From contig MU058384.1 in NCBI GenBank assembly GCA_013265495.1, positions 2,579,010 through 2,643,009 of the forward strand: a DNA stretch of 64,000 nt. Reading direction: 5' to 3'. The position numbers were made by a program, and so were the translations under genes. Source of the DNA: Vicugna vicugna. Taxonomy: Eukaryota. Shown here one piece after another: positions 53,732 through 62,883 of this stretch (positions are counted from its first letter, which is position 1; each line of letters starts with the position of its first letter). The notes below the pieces were generated by a model. That model did not search any database, was not told where the DNA came from, and was given only the letters and a program-made list of their open reading frames with translations.

Positions 53732-56700
53732 AAGAAGAGGAAGACAGATGCACACATACACTAGGATTGTGGTGGTGTTTTCACTGGTGTATACATCTAT
53801 CAGAATTCATCAAATTGTATATCTGAAATATGTATAGTTTACTGTACAGGAATCATAACATAATAAAGGTGTTAAAAATAAATTTACAAAAAAGTCCACA
53901 TTAGAAGCATCTCCTCCGGTGCTGGCTACAACTTTGAATCATTCTCATAACAAAGAAGTTCTTCCTTAAATATACCTAGATCAAACTGCCCTTTTTTGAT
54001 AAAGGACAATCTGGTCAGCTTCTTAAAGATGCTTAATAAGCTCCCTCTGAACAGCTTCTACCAAGTTCCAGTGACCGGGCTAGAATATTTTGTATATGTG
54101 TATGAGGTGTTATTTGTTAGAGGAGCAAAAATGAGGCAGACATGGTTGCAGCTCTCAAGGAGCTGAAAGTATAGGAAAGGAAAGGTGGAAGCGTTGACTT
54201 GATAACGATGATAAATGTTGTAAGCACAACGCCAAACACGTGATCGAGGCTCAGTGGTAGAAAAGCTAGGGGTGATCTCAGCTACTGACAGTTCTGCGCT
54301 GGCCCTCAAGGTCCTCAAAGTTAGTCTTTTCTAGTCCAGAGCACAGGCCACCTCAATATTCTGTGGTCGAGACCCTTGAATTTCAGAGAAAGACACAGTT
54401 GACCACCCTGAGGTCAGTCAATCATTTATTCCTGCCATAAATTTTTTGCACCCATTAATTGCTTTCTTTCTGTAGCACTGTGAGATAACAGAAAGTATAC
54501 ACTGGTCTCTGCCCCTCAGTTCCTGGCACAGAGCTCCTAAAACCCTTGTAATTTCCTAAGTGAAGAACACTGGGAACATCTCTTGTTCAAATATATATCT
54601 TTGATCTCATCCATGACATAGGACTCCTAAAACTCTTGTAAATTCCTAATAAGAACACTAAAAGCATCTTTTGTCCTAATGAGGTGACTCCAGGTGGGCT
54701 CCTGGAAGACTCCTGGATAGGGGCATAGAATGTTTGGCTCCACTCCCACTTGCCCATTCTCGAGAGAAGGGAGAGGAGCTGGAAATGGAGTTAATAATTG
54801 TTCATACCTACGTGGGGAAGCCTCCATAAAAATCTCGACAGTAGGGGGTTCAGAGAGCTTCTGGGTTGGTGGATACATCCACACAGGGAGGGTGACACAC
54901 CCCAACTCCACGGGGACAGAAGCTCCTGCGCTCAAGACTCTCCCAGACCTCACCCTATGTATTTCTTTACTTGGCTATTCATCTGTATCCTTTATCATAT
55001 CCTTTAATAAACTGGTAAACATAAGTGTTTCCCTGTGGCCTGTGAGCCATTCTAGCAAACTAACTGAACCTAGGAGGGGGTCATGGGAACCTCTGATTTA
55101 TAGCCAAGCTGGTCAGAGTACAGGTAATAGCCTGGTATCTGTAGTCGGGGTAGGGGGTAGATACATTAGAACTGAGTTAAACTGTAGGACACCTGGCTGA
55201 CGTCAGAGACCTGATTGCTGTTTGAGGGTAAACTTCCACACATTTGGTAAACTGAAGTATCAGAAGTAGTTTCTGTGTGACTCGTAAAAAAGCAGAAACA
55301 CAGTTGGGAAGAATTGGGGTTTTCCCTACACAGAAAGGAGAAAGCTGGGTTCTCCCTTTATAAGTGTCATTACTCCCTGTGCAAAGTGCTAACTTTCCTA
55401 TGTTTTTTTTTTTATCTCCTTCCTCCACCAAAATCCTAGGTGACCATCTTCTGCCCTTCAATAAACCTAGTATAATGCTCGGGTATACTGTGGCCAATAT
55501 GACCCACTGCACTCCTGTTTAAATATATAATTTGGGCCACAGTGTCGGCACTCGACAGACAGGAAGGGTCTGAGGTTGGGTCCACAGCACGCTGGAGTAT
55601 CACACGCCACGTGAAGTTCAGGGGAATTCAGAATACCTTGGGAGGACAGACTGCATCGGCTCTAAGACCTCATTCAAAATAGTTTACATCATGTTATACC
55701 AAAGTGCATTGCTCTATGATTTTTAGATATCAAGGCATAGAAGCAGAGGAAGAATTCAGTGTTTTGAGAATCATGGATGGTCATTCTGTTTCAGTCAGGG
55801 GCAGCTTTCTACAATGCTCGCCTCTTCCTCTTTACTCCACACCCTATACACTTATCAACCTCCCAGTGTATTCCAGACATCCACTGCCCTGCAATTCAAA
55901 CAAACCACCACCAGTAAGTTACATGCCTCTGCTTTCAATATGAGACCCAAAGATTCATTAAGATGCTCTGAGCAGTTCAAACTTCATGCATGCCAGTAAT
56001 TTTCCCATTAAGCAAAATGCTCTGAACATTCTTGTTGACTGTGTAGCAAAAAAAAAAATAAAATAAAAAATCATTGACAAACCTGAGCAGAAGGTGGAGG
56101 CGAAGTTCTGGAGGGCGGAGTCCACGTCCTCCACACTGGGCAGGGCCAGGAGGCGAGGCAGGATCCCCTCCAGGGACTGCGTGAACAGCCGGGCGCTGTG
56201 CTGATCGGCTTCCTGGTTCTTCAGGAGTTTGAGAGACAGACCCGTCCTCAGGGACCTGTGGCCCAGGCAGTCCCGAGGGGTCTGCTCCTCATCAGCGAGA
56301 GAACAGTTGTCGGACCCGATGTCCGACACGTCAGACCTGCCCGAGTCCTTCTCCGCTGCCATCGAGTACTGATCGCAGGAGTCAAATTCCGTCCTGGACA
56401 GGTCTTGGTCGTCCACGCTGAAATTGCTCTCACTGTACCGGGACCCGCAGGACCTCATCCTGCAGTCGACGGACAGGAAGTTAGTTATATCAGGGTAAGC
56501 GACCGTGTGGCTCCTCTGAACCACATCTGGCTGGTCTACGGCCTCCGGTTCTGCCACTTTACTCAGCGGCTCCTTGCTCTCCTGGACGGCGGGCGACCTG
56601 AGGCCATTCTTGCGGTTTTCGGGGTGGTCCTCGGGGGTGGTCTGACCCAACTCTCCCTCCAGGGTGGTCTGGCCGGTGTCCGTGGTCACGCTGATGCTGA

Positions 56701-59700
56701 TGTCGGGGCTCCGCTCGTTCCCCGGCTCCCACGGCGTGTGCTCCGAGGACAGGACCCGCCGCTGCCAGCGGAAGTCGGCCTCGTTGATCTCCATGGAGTC
56801 GCGGCTCGACTCGGCGCCGTCCTTCAGCTCCTCCAGGCGCAGCAGCAGCAGCTGGACCTGACCTTCGCCCAGGCCCCTGCCCTGGCTGAGCTCATCTAGG
56901 GCGCCGAGCAGGGTGCAGACGCAGGACACGGCGGCGTAGCAGGCTTCGATGCCACCCTTGATGCACGCCTCGGTCATGCCGTCCATGATGCTGGGAGTGT
57001 GCAAAAGGGAAAACGGCATCAGTGCAGGAAACACGGAAAAACCCTCCAGGACGAACGAGAACTGTCAGACTGTGACAGTATGGTGTTCAAAACAGGCACC
57101 TAATTTACACGAAGTTAAACGATCTGGGCGCAAAAGAAAATGAACGATAAATGAAACAGACATGCTCAGGCTGGAAAGTGGCCCGCCTTGAATCAGACTC
57201 GCTCAGTTGTCTGGTTTACTTGGGTACAAATAAAGATTCCAGAAGGGAATCTATAATCTTCACAAGGACAGGCATAAAATAATCGCACTTTGGTATCATG
57301 TTCAGCTTTCCAAACAGAAAACACTCACAATGGCTATAGGGTAATAAGGACCTTCCTCTATAAATAAATGTATTCCTGAAGAGATGCATGGTGACTACAA
57401 TGATTACAAATCAGATAATACTCCATTTTCTAAGCAAAGGTTACATATAAAGGAATCTTATAGTTACTGTATCATATATCAAGAAGTTTTCCCCTAAAAT
57501 AACTCCAATGAAAAATTTTTGTAAATTTCACTTTGTACACTGGGTTTCTTTAGGTTGATATGAAAATAAGGAAAGTGATATGATTAAAATAAATTGAGGT
57601 AAGACTCCTCCTATGGGTACAGGTACACTGTTCAGTGTTCACATTTCATATAATGTAGATTCATACAATTTCAGGGATTTGGAAACAAGATTAAGAATAT
57701 TCAGAGAAGCAGTCTTCGCCAAGCAATGTAGTCGTAAAAGGAGAATGTATCGTACAGTTTGAGAAGATCCAGATGAGACTTTCTTTTTGAAATTGATCTT
57801 TTTCTGGATTCGAGTTCAGTGGAGCTGGGTCCTGCCAAATCACAGAGACGCTGTGGGCTCCCAAGTAGCTTTAAGAACAGGGAGAAAAAAAAGTGAATAT
57901 CATTTTAAAAAAAAAGCACAAGAACCATGAGATCAAATAAACATGGACTTTCTCTACTGAGTGATCAGTCTAAGGAGAAACACAACTATTTGGAACTCAG
58001 ATCTTAATAGATCAGACCTACGTGTTCTTCTGCAGTGACGTGCCGTGTACTTTAGGTTCCCAACTCCTGAGCTCAGGACTGTCTCAGACAAATTAAATCC
58101 CCTGAGGAATTGTTTCAAAATATTTTATAGCACAGACCTAGAAAGCACTTGCTTCCATGTCCTTTATTAAAACTGGCCTGCAATTTAACTTCCCCTTCTT
58201 CTCCCTATCTTATTTTGCTATCAAATTAGCTAGCTTCAAAGACTGGGTTGGGAAATAGTCCCTCTTTCTATTCCCTGGAGAAGTTCATGTATTATCAGAT
58301 CTGCCCATTCTTTGAATGTAAGTATAACTTATTTCTAAAGCTGTATGAGGCCAGTAATTTTTTCCTTCACAGGAAGATTTTAACTACTGACTCAGTTTCT
58401 TTAACAACACTAGGACTATTTAGGTCCTCAATTTCTTCCAGCCATTATTTTCAAAGATTGTTTCCTAGGGATTTAGCTATTTTATCGAAGTTTTCAAATT
58501 TACTGGCTTAAAGTTGCCTCAATACCTTCTTTAATGTCTTTAATATTTGCAACATCTGTGGTTATATGCTCTTTTTTCATCTTTATTTCTGTTTTTACCT
58601 ATTCTAGAGTTTTTCAATTGCTTTTGCCAGGAGTTTAATTTTCTTGGTCTATTCAGAGTCCTGATATTTTTCACTTTATCAATTCACTATACTACATTAT
58701 CACATTACTTTCTGCTTTTATCCTTAATTTTCCTCTTTTCTACTTTCTTTGAATTTAATCTGCTCTTCTTTTTCCAACTGCCTAAGTTGGAGTTAGAACA
58801 TTAATTTTAGGCCTTCTATTTTTTGATACAAGTCATTGAAGCTATGAATATCTTTCTATGCACTACTTTGGCTGCATATCACAAGTTTTCATGTACAGAA
58901 TTTTCATAATTTTTTAGTTAAAACTAATTTTTATTTTCATATGGTAGACTTCTGTACAGAAAATTTCAATATGAGTCCGAATCAATTTAAGGGAAGATCA
59001 ATTATATATATTTAAGGAGATATACTATTCTATGGCCATTATTTTCAAAGTGATTTTTACTTGCAAGAAAAAGGATATTAAGTAGAAAATTTTGCATGTT
59101 CTTCTCTTTCCGTGTTTCTTTCTTCCACCAAAAATTGGGAATTTCTGTTCTCTTGGAGACGCAAAAATGAAGCTTCCATTTTTTCTCTTTGACATCAAAA
59201 GAGGAGTGATAATGCTGAGGGTAAAGTCAGCCTGTCTCTCTCCCTCTGCCTGCCAGACCTGCATCCAAGTGAACGGCTATGTCTCTGGGCCTCTAGCTGT
59301 CCCATCTCTTGTTAGAAGGATAAGTGAGTTTTAGCAGCATGGGAATGGGAAATCTCACTTTCTCTTGGGATCCTGTTACATTCCCTAACCCAACTTTACC
59401 AGTAATAAATTAGATGACATGTTTTAATTGCCACATTAACCCTGCGTTTATTTCTCAGGTGCTTCAGAAAACTGAGTGATTAGGCTTCTAGAGAACTCTC
59501 AGCAAATACATCAAGAAAATCAAGACATGTTTAATGTCAGCTTCTTCCCCTGGGAATAAAGGATGTGGTATCAGCGGTTAGGGCATCCTAGGTCTGATAC
59601 AGACTGGGGCTTCTTTCTAAAGCCAAATGGTGGGAGAGAGAAATAGAAGCAAGGTGCTCTTTTTGACTATGAAATGTTTTTCTGGGAAAGTAGAAGCAGA

Positions 59701-62700
59701 AAAGAAAATGTACTTTAACAAACAAAATGTCCTGTATGTTTCTGATTAATAGGCACATAGTGTACAGGGCAGAATGACAAATTAGAACAGAGAAATAACA
59801 CATGGAGCGTTCAAACTCCAAAAGGGCAAATAAACATCCTGAGTGCCCGGTGGCTTTCTTTGTGTGCATAAACCCTGCACATTCTGGTTTCTAGGTTATC
59901 AACCTTCCTAAATTATTGGTACTGCCACGGTAAGTGGAGGTGATGCTTCTGTGAACAACCTGGCCCTGGTGAGTCTGCCGTGCTCCGTGGGGCAGCACAA
60001 CCTGGACACTCTACTCAGGCACTGGGGCTAATTCCAGCCCTGCCCTGCCACCTGACCTTGGGAAGCTAGCGGATCTATGACAGTAGTAAAGAAGCTGTTA
60101 CTGAGAGTGCACTGAGACCTACCTACACCGTAGGCAGAGTATTTACTTCGCGTTCAGGTATCAACTGACTACCATGGGTAGCAACAACCGCGGTGCCTGT
60201 CAACTCTTGTGGGGGAAAGAGAGGATGCTGCTGCTTACAAAACACCCCCCTGGCAGATGTTCTGTCCTTGGGTCCATCCATCATTCAGTCAGAATGTATT
60301 AAACACTTATTCTGATTCAAGCCCTGCAGTGTTAGATACCGGGGGAAACACACAAAAACTAGCTGATCTGACTGGTGAATTTAGGAGATGGAGATGAGCA
60401 TGTGCAGTGGCCCCTTCCACCTTCCTCTTCCGGGAGATCCGCCTACTCAGAGAAAGCCCACCCTTGCTCCTGCAGGCTACCTGCTTAATGGGGTGGGGGC
60501 GGGTCCCCAGGGGAGGGCTGTCTGGGTAGTATCACTAGCCTCCAAAGCTGTATTGCATTCACCAACCTAGCAGTGATCAGATATGACAGCCGACCCTTTG
60601 AGCTCCATTGCCTGAAGCCCTAACAGGGAAAAGTAACATTCTTCATTAGTAAATGTTTATACACAACCTCACAAAGTTATTATGAATATTAAAGATAATA
60701 TATGTTAAGTGCCTGGCCTACAGTAGGTAAGAAAAAATGGTAATTATTATTGTGTGCTCAGAGATTTTTTTAATCAGCAAGTAAATCTGGATGGCTCCTT
60801 CATTTCTAGAAATGTTGGGTCAGAACCTTCCATAATTGATCATAGTCAAATTTCATGAAAACAACACCAACAAGCAATTCAAATTAAGCTTTTTACAAAC
60901 TGGTCAGTAGCTTAAAATAAATGAATCATCAGGAAGGGAATTCTGTTACTCTGATTTTTTGGTGCTAGGTAGCGAAAGTCAATGTGATTTGACCTTCACA
61001 AACAAGCTCACAGATGCAAAAATGTTGACCACATTCCTTTCTGGGTGAGAAAAAGCAGAGCAATCCTTTCTTGGAGTATCTTCAAAATAACCCTAATTAC
61101 TCCTTAAAACCAGGCAGTCACACATATGGGAGGAAGGAGGCATAAGAAGGAAGGAGACACAGGATTCCTAAAGCAATCAGAGATCAGTAAAGCTCTTTTC
61201 TGGATAATGTTCAACCTGAGTATAAAATCAATTTGAAATCCAATTTTGGTGAAGCTGAATAAATATATATATATATCTGCACAGACAGTACCTGAGGGAG
61301 CATCTGTTACCAGATACGGTGTGGTAGCAATTAAGTTTCAGCAGGCGGCCGGCAAACATGTTCTAAGCGCTCAGACCCTGCGGCACCCCGGTGGCATCCT
61401 TCAGTGCCTCCCTACCTCTTTCATTATTTTGATGGCCTCCACCCGGTGCTGGGGTGGGGGGTATAGCAGCACGCGGTGGTAGAGGGACTGCAACACCGGC
61501 TTCATGGAGTCCACCGACCCCACCAGCCGGACCAGCTCGGCCGCAATGTAGTAGATGGTCCGAGCCACCGGCCCGCTCAAGGCAGGCGCGGTGGAGGAGC
61601 AGCCTGAGCCCCGGCCGTGGTCGGAGACCCCTGGAGATGCAGAGTCCGGCTCGATGCTGGTACCCGTGCTGCTGCTGCTGTGAGCGGAGGTGATGGTTTT
61701 GTCGTGAATTGGATTCCCCAAGATCACGATGAGCGCAGGGCAGAGGTTTTTCCTGAGAAGACACGAGGGGAAAATAAGTCTGGCCACAAGCCAAAGGGTA
61801 AAATGTGAATACTATCGTGTGGGTCAACCCCAGGTGCTGCAAAAATGATGAGTGAGAGCTGGGTTCTTTCCCGCTCCTTGTTTTGGCTGCCTTCTGCCCG
61901 CATGCTACATGCCTCTCCATCACTCCTGGGGATACAACACAATACTTCTCATAATTCAGGCTGAGGTTAACTAAATAAAATATCAAGAGAAGTATCAGAA
62001 ACCACCTTATGTGATGAAAATAGACTCAAAATTCCAAATGGCTTAGTTGTAAAGTCTCATTTTACTACAAATAAAAAAATTATTCGTATTCCTCATTTGA
62101 GGTTGATTTAAATTTCTGGCACACAGCATTTGACTTTTTCCCTGTCGATGAGCCCAGGAACCCAGAGCAGCTAGCTGGCTGCCCGAGGGCCCTGTCACTT
62201 GTGTGCATCTCTGACTGTGATTAAGAGACCAGTAATTCAGTTGAGATGGAGAGAGTACCAGGGTAGGGCTGAGAATAAGGTTCAATTTTGGCAAAGGTGA
62301 ATTTCCCCCAACCCTCTCCCGTGCAACTCTCTGGTGCCTTTATATAATTTAGAACCCAGGATCTCATGATCCTATGACGTAAACAAATTCAAGACGGCCT
62401 TGGGAGGAATATTTTGTTACAGTAATCATCCGTCTCGCTCCGTATTTCGGTCTGGGGCATGTAAGCAAGGTAATTTCCCTACTTAACCTCTAAAACATTT
62501 ACACACAGATGAGACAACCAGTGGGTCACAGGTGCGGTGGGAAGGGACCCACAGATGCGGTGGGAAGGGACCCACAGACCCAGCTAGAAGGAGCGAGCCC
62601 TCCAGGCTGGCGTGGATGGGCAGTGGGGTGGGGGGCAGGATGAGGGCTCACCAGATGAGGTCGGTGAAGCCTCTGTGCAGCTGCATGGAGGAGGAGGCGC

Positions 62701-62756
62701 TGCTGAGCACGGACAGGATGCACTCCAAGAACAGGAGCTGCAGCTGCTGGCCGTCG
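2311..62756 (-). CDS. ARFGEF3: ARFGEF3/BIG3 (brefeldin A-inhibited GEF 3, degenerate Sec7-family scaffold), partial gene: 24 internal coding exons (roughly exons 9-32 by recalled human numbering)
   Basis: Manually spliced exons give one frame from ...[18 protein letters not shown]... to ...[10 protein letters not shown], matching recalled human BIG3. All introns are GT-AG and every junction phase is compatible. Total 4455 nt. Confidence 0.97.
4668..4799 (-). CDS. ARFGEF3: ARFGEF3 exon W (132 nt): [25 protein letters not shown]...WRIRAMAQQ
   Basis: cccctag|GAT...CAG|gtaaga; phase 0/0. Confidence 0.95.
5032..5134 (-). CDS. ARFGEF3: ARFGEF3 exon V (103 nt): [34 protein letters not shown]
   Basis: cttggcag|G...AAG|gtaagc; phase 2/0. 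Confidence 0.95.
5190..5881 (-). mobile_element. 5'-truncated LINE-1 3' end (ORF2 C-terminus + 3'UTR), sense to ARFGEF3
   Basis: ORF 5546..5836 = L1 ORF2 C-terminus (CTPMFIAAL...[12 protein letters not shown]); 3'UTR and T-rich tail on the + strand. Confidence 0.92.
6665..6779 (-). CDS. ARFGEF3: ARFGEF3 exon U (115 nt): [37 protein letters not shown]
   Basis: tccctag|AC...ATTAG|gtgaga; phase 1/2. Confidence 0.95.
8357..8533 (-). CDS. ARFGEF3: ARFGEF3 exon T (177 nt): [23 protein letters not shown]...HIQSFIHS
   Basis: ttttcag|GA...TCAG|gtatct; phase 1/1. Confidence 0.95.
8710..8978 (+). mobile_element. LINE-1 3'UTR fragment
   Basis: CTTATGGTTACCAGGGGGAAGG...GTATAGCACAGGGAACTATAT...CTGACTATACTTCA + A-rich tail. 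Confidence 0.88.
10805..10933 (-). CDS. ARFGEF3: ARFGEF3 exon S (129 nt): [20 protein letters not shown]...RDVTKTP
   Basis: tttccag|GG...CCTG|gtaagt; phase 1/1. Confidence 0.95.
11345..11742 (-). mobile_element. Old L1 (L1MB-like) 3' end
   Basis: CCAGCCCCTGGTAACCTCTA, GTCTGGCTTATTTCACTTAGC antisense L1M 3' motifs. Confidence 0.7.
12190..12590 (+). mobile_element. Old L1 (L1ME-like) 3' end remnant
   Basis: GTTGAAGCTGGGTGATGGATACATG...TGTATGTTTGACATTTCCATA motif; edges approximate. Confidence 0.55.
13927..14071 (-). CDS. ARFGEF3: ARFGEF3 exon R (145 nt): [19 protein letters not shown]...SDFDDDT
   Basis: taatttag|TTA...ACTG|gtaagt; phase 0/1. Confidence 0.95.
15697..15800 (-). CDS. ARFGEF3: ARFGEF3 exon Q (104 nt): [34 protein letters not shown]
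   Basis: ccccccag|GG...CAG|gtaccc; phase 1/0. Confidence 0.94.
16677..16888. mobile_element. hAT-Charlie MITE (MER58A-like)
   Basis: Terminal inverted repeats CAGAGATTGGCAAACT / AGTCTGCCAAC; internal TAGGCTTTGCAGGTCA and GTTCCAATAAAACTTT. Confidence 0.8.
17270..18070 (+). mobile_element. LINE-2 remnants
   Basis: CATCTCCACCTGAATATGTC...CTCAACATGTCCAAA and AAATGTCACTTCCTCT motifs; GTAGCAGGCACTC 3' end; edges approximate. Confidence 0.55.
18111..19039 (+). mobile_element. ERVL-class solo LTR (MER21-like)
   Basis: TG...CA termini; GGTTCCTGGCACAGAGCT motif; flanks AAGAC/AGGAC are a near-TSD; homologous to 54479-55332. Confidence 0.82.
20164..20286 (-). CDS. ARFGEF3: ARFGEF3 exon P (123 nt): [40 protein letters not shown]
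   Basis: ctctcag|GA...CTGG|gtaagt; phase 1/1. Confidence 0.95.
20648..21206 (+). mobile_element. ERVL-class solo LTR (MER68-like)
   Basis: CCTTAGAAAGGCCTGCTTGCAAGGTTGGCCCTTGGCTGG; AATAAA; GTCTTGGGGTCCC end. Confidence 0.78.
21635..21877 (+). mobile_element. Degenerate L1 ORF2 RT fragment abutting the exon O donor
   Basis: Aligns by eye to 27405-27628 (GAAGTCCCAGCC...AAATTGGAAAG...GATGACATGATC...TATAGAAAAT...AAATTCAGTAAGG...AAAATCAACA). Confidence 0.75.
21887..22031 (-). CDS. ARFGEF3: ARFGEF3 exon O (145 nt): [24 protein letters not shown]...VGDYSM
   Basis: cttccag|GTG...ATGG|gtgaga; phase 0/1; contains the IQSGW motif typical of large ArfGEF HDS domains. Confidence 0.95.
23350..23502 (+). 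mobile_element. tRNA-Ala-derived SINE (camelid vic-1 type)
   Basis: A box TAGCTCAATGG, TTAGCATGCAC, B box GGTTCAATCC, AT-rich tail. Confidence 0.85.
24464..24575 (-). mobile_element. tRNA-Ala-derived SINE (vic-1 type) with (TATG)n tail
   Basis: Reverse complement: TAGCTCAGTAGTAGAACGCATGCTTAGCATGCACGAG...GATTCAATCCCCGGTACCTCCA. Confidence 0.87.
24968..25147 (-). CDS. ARFGEF3: ARFGEF3 exon N (180 nt): [16 protein letters not shown]...DEDVQDQ
   Basis: tttgcag|GCT...CAG|gtcagt; phase 0/0. Confidence 0.95.
25560..26060 (+). mobile_element. Old MaLR solo LTR (MLT1G/H-like)
   Basis: GTGACTTGCTTTGGACAATG and CTAAATAAA...TGTTTTAAG...GGGGTGGTTTATTAC...ATAGATAAC end. Confidence 0.65.
26204..29672 (+). 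mobile_element. 5'-truncated young LINE-1 (about 3.47 kb; most of ORF2 + 3'UTR + polyA), inactivated by frameshifts and stops
   Basis: ORF2 fragments ([37 protein letters not shown] in place of YADD); AATAAA + A tail; exact 14-bp TSD AAGAATAGTTATCA at 26190-26203 and 29673-29686 with a TT|AAGA endonuclease site. Confidence 0.97.
29752..29862. mobile_element. hAT-Blackjack MITE (MER94-like)
   Basis: GTTGCCATATAATTTATCAT...GGAGAGTTAAA...GGATGTGTGGTTCCCTTA resembles the recalled consensus. Confidence 0.5.
30211..30356 (-). CDS. ARFGEF3: ARFGEF3 exon M (146 nt): [18 protein letters not shown]...[12 protein letters not shown]
   Basis: cctgtag|GA...GAG|gtgagc; phase 1/0. Confidence 0.95.
30630..30850 (+). 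mobile_element. MIR SINE
   Basis: GAGTCAGGCTGCCTGGGCTCAAATCCAGGCTCCACCATTTA...CAGTTTTTCACTGTAAAAGTGGGAATA. Confidence 0.7.
32450..32583 (-). CDS. ARFGEF3: ARFGEF3 exon L (134 nt): [44 protein letters not shown]
   Basis: tgtccag|G...CCAG|gtaatg; phase 2/1. Confidence 0.94.
34089..34250 (+). mobile_element. Short LINE-1 3'UTR end
   Basis: AACAAGGACCT...TATAGCACAGGGAACCATATTCAGTATCTTGTAATAACC...AACTATACTTCAA + A-rich tail. Confidence 0.8.
34696..35013 (-). CDS. ARFGEF3: ARFGEF3 exon K (318 nt): [16 protein letters not shown]...LTLSTQAD
   Basis: ctctag|G...GACAG|gtgcgc; phase 2/2. Confidence 0.94.
36582..36772 (+). mobile_element. tRNA-Ala-derived SINE (vic-1 type)
   Basis: GGGTATAGCTCAGTGGTAGA...GCATGCACGAGGTCCTGGATTCAATCCC; degenerate TSD AAGAATCAGTTTTTC / AAGAACTGGTTTTTC. 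Confidence 0.88.
37076..37226 (-). CDS. ARFGEF3: ARFGEF3 exon J (151 nt): [23 protein letters not shown]...DCWPHVF
   Basis: ggcacag|TG...TTCAG|gtgcgc; phase 1/2. Confidence 0.94.
38939..39049 (-). CDS. ARFGEF3: ARFGEF3 exon I (111 nt): [36 protein letters not shown]
   Basis: ctctaaag|GA...CAAG|gtaaca; phase 1/1. Confidence 0.93.
39213..39428 (-). CDS. ARFGEF3: ARFGEF3 exon H (216 nt): [15 protein letters not shown]...[10 protein letters not shown]
   Basis: cattctag|GT...CTAG|gtaccg; phase 1/1. Confidence 0.95.
39778..39885 (-). CDS. ARFGEF3: ARFGEF3 exon G (108 nt): [35 protein letters not shown]
   Basis: ttgacag|AT...GCAG|gtagtg; phase 1/1. Confidence 0.93.
42697..42862 (-). CDS. ARFGEF3: ARFGEF3 exon F (166 nt): [11 protein letters not shown]...PLITMLT
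   Basis: ctctgcag|AAA...ACTG|gtcagt; phase 0/1. Confidence 0.94.
43911..44077 (-). CDS. ARFGEF3: ARFGEF3 exon E (167 nt): MMHSPGFDV...[18 protein letters not shown]...APGTM (Sec7-like helix region)
   Basis: cccctag|GC...ATG|gtgagt; phase 1/0. Confidence 0.94.
44340..44900 (+). mobile_element. LINE-2 (L2a-like) 3' end
   Basis: CCTCAGGGCCTTTGCA, CCCAGTGCCTAGAACAGTACCTGGTACACAG, TGTTGAATGAAT. Confidence 0.75.
48480..48722 (+). mobile_element. MIR SINE
   Basis: CTCTGGAGCCAGACTGC...CTCAGTTTTCTCATCTGTAAAATGAGGATAATAAC core. Confidence 0.8.
48723..48762. repeat. (TAT)13 microsatellite expanded from the MIR tail
   Basis: Perfect trinucleotide run. Confidence 0.95.
49362..49930 (+). mobile_element. 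Probable ERV1-class solo LTR
   Basis: GTTAGGTAGTTAGATA start, AATAAAGCC polyA signal, GAATTCTT...GACAAGAAC U5-like end; family not identified, edges approximate. Confidence 0.55.
50890..51645 (+). mobile_element. Probable ERV1-class solo LTR
   Basis: CAACCAGAGAATTGTGCA, TATA-like CCTTAAATAGG, CCCTGCAATAACC polyA-like region; left edge uncertain. Confidence 0.5.
54479..55332 (+). mobile_element. ERVL-class solo LTR (MER21-like), second copy
   Basis: TG...CA termini; colinear similarity to 18111-19039 (GTTCCTGGCACAGAGCT, GAAGCCTCCATAAAA, CCCCAACTC, TAATAAACTGGTA). Confidence 0.82.
56083..56990 (-). CDS. ARFGEF3: ARFGEF3 exon D (908 nt): [13 protein letters not shown]...[10 protein letters not shown]
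   Basis: ctcccag|C...TCAG|gtttgt; phase 2/1; inside the 358-aa ORF 55958..57034. Confidence 0.96.
57756..57868 (-). CDS. ARFGEF3: ARFGEF3 exon C (113 nt): [37 protein letters not shown]
   Basis: cttaaag|CTA...AAACT|gtacga; phase 0/2; translated by hand. Confidence 0.93.
58160..58940 (-). mobile_element. Old L1 ORF2 remnant
   Basis: Antisense L1 motifs TACTGACTCAGTTTCTTTAA, GTTTTCAAATTTACTGGC, TTTGGCTGCATATCACAAGTTTT; edges approximate. Confidence 0.6.
61416..61752 (-). CDS. ARFGEF3: ARFGEF3 exon B (337 nt): [14 protein letters not shown]...[11 protein letters not shown]
   Basis: cttctcag|G...GAG|gtaggg; phase 2/0; ORF track 61401..61787. Confidence 0.95.
62527..62577. repeat. 23-bp tandem repeat, about 2.2 copies
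   Basis: CACAG(G/A)TGCGGTGGGAAGGGACC x2 + CACAG. Confidence 0.9.
62652..62756 (-). CDS. ARFGEF3: ARFGEF3 exon A (105 nt): [34 protein letters not shown]
   Basis: ctctgcag|C...ATCTG|gtgagc; phase 2/2. Confidence 0.93.
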
Positions 62757-62883
62757 CTGCAGAGGAACAGACCCGACACACAAACGCACAGAAAGTAAAA
62801 CAAAAGAGGTGACGTGTGGGAAACACTTGGGAGAATGCTGGGCATTACAGAAGGGCTCATTTTGGGTGTGGGGGGGTGGGTGG

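Noticed and set aside
56198..56899. 233-aa plus-strand ORF
   Set aside because: Antisense shadow of GC-rich exon D. High GC3 removes stops on the opposite strand, and the protein is not recognisable.
61363..61986. 207-aa minus-strand ORF
   Set aside because: Alternative frame over GC-rich exon B running into intron; the true frame is fixed by splice phases.
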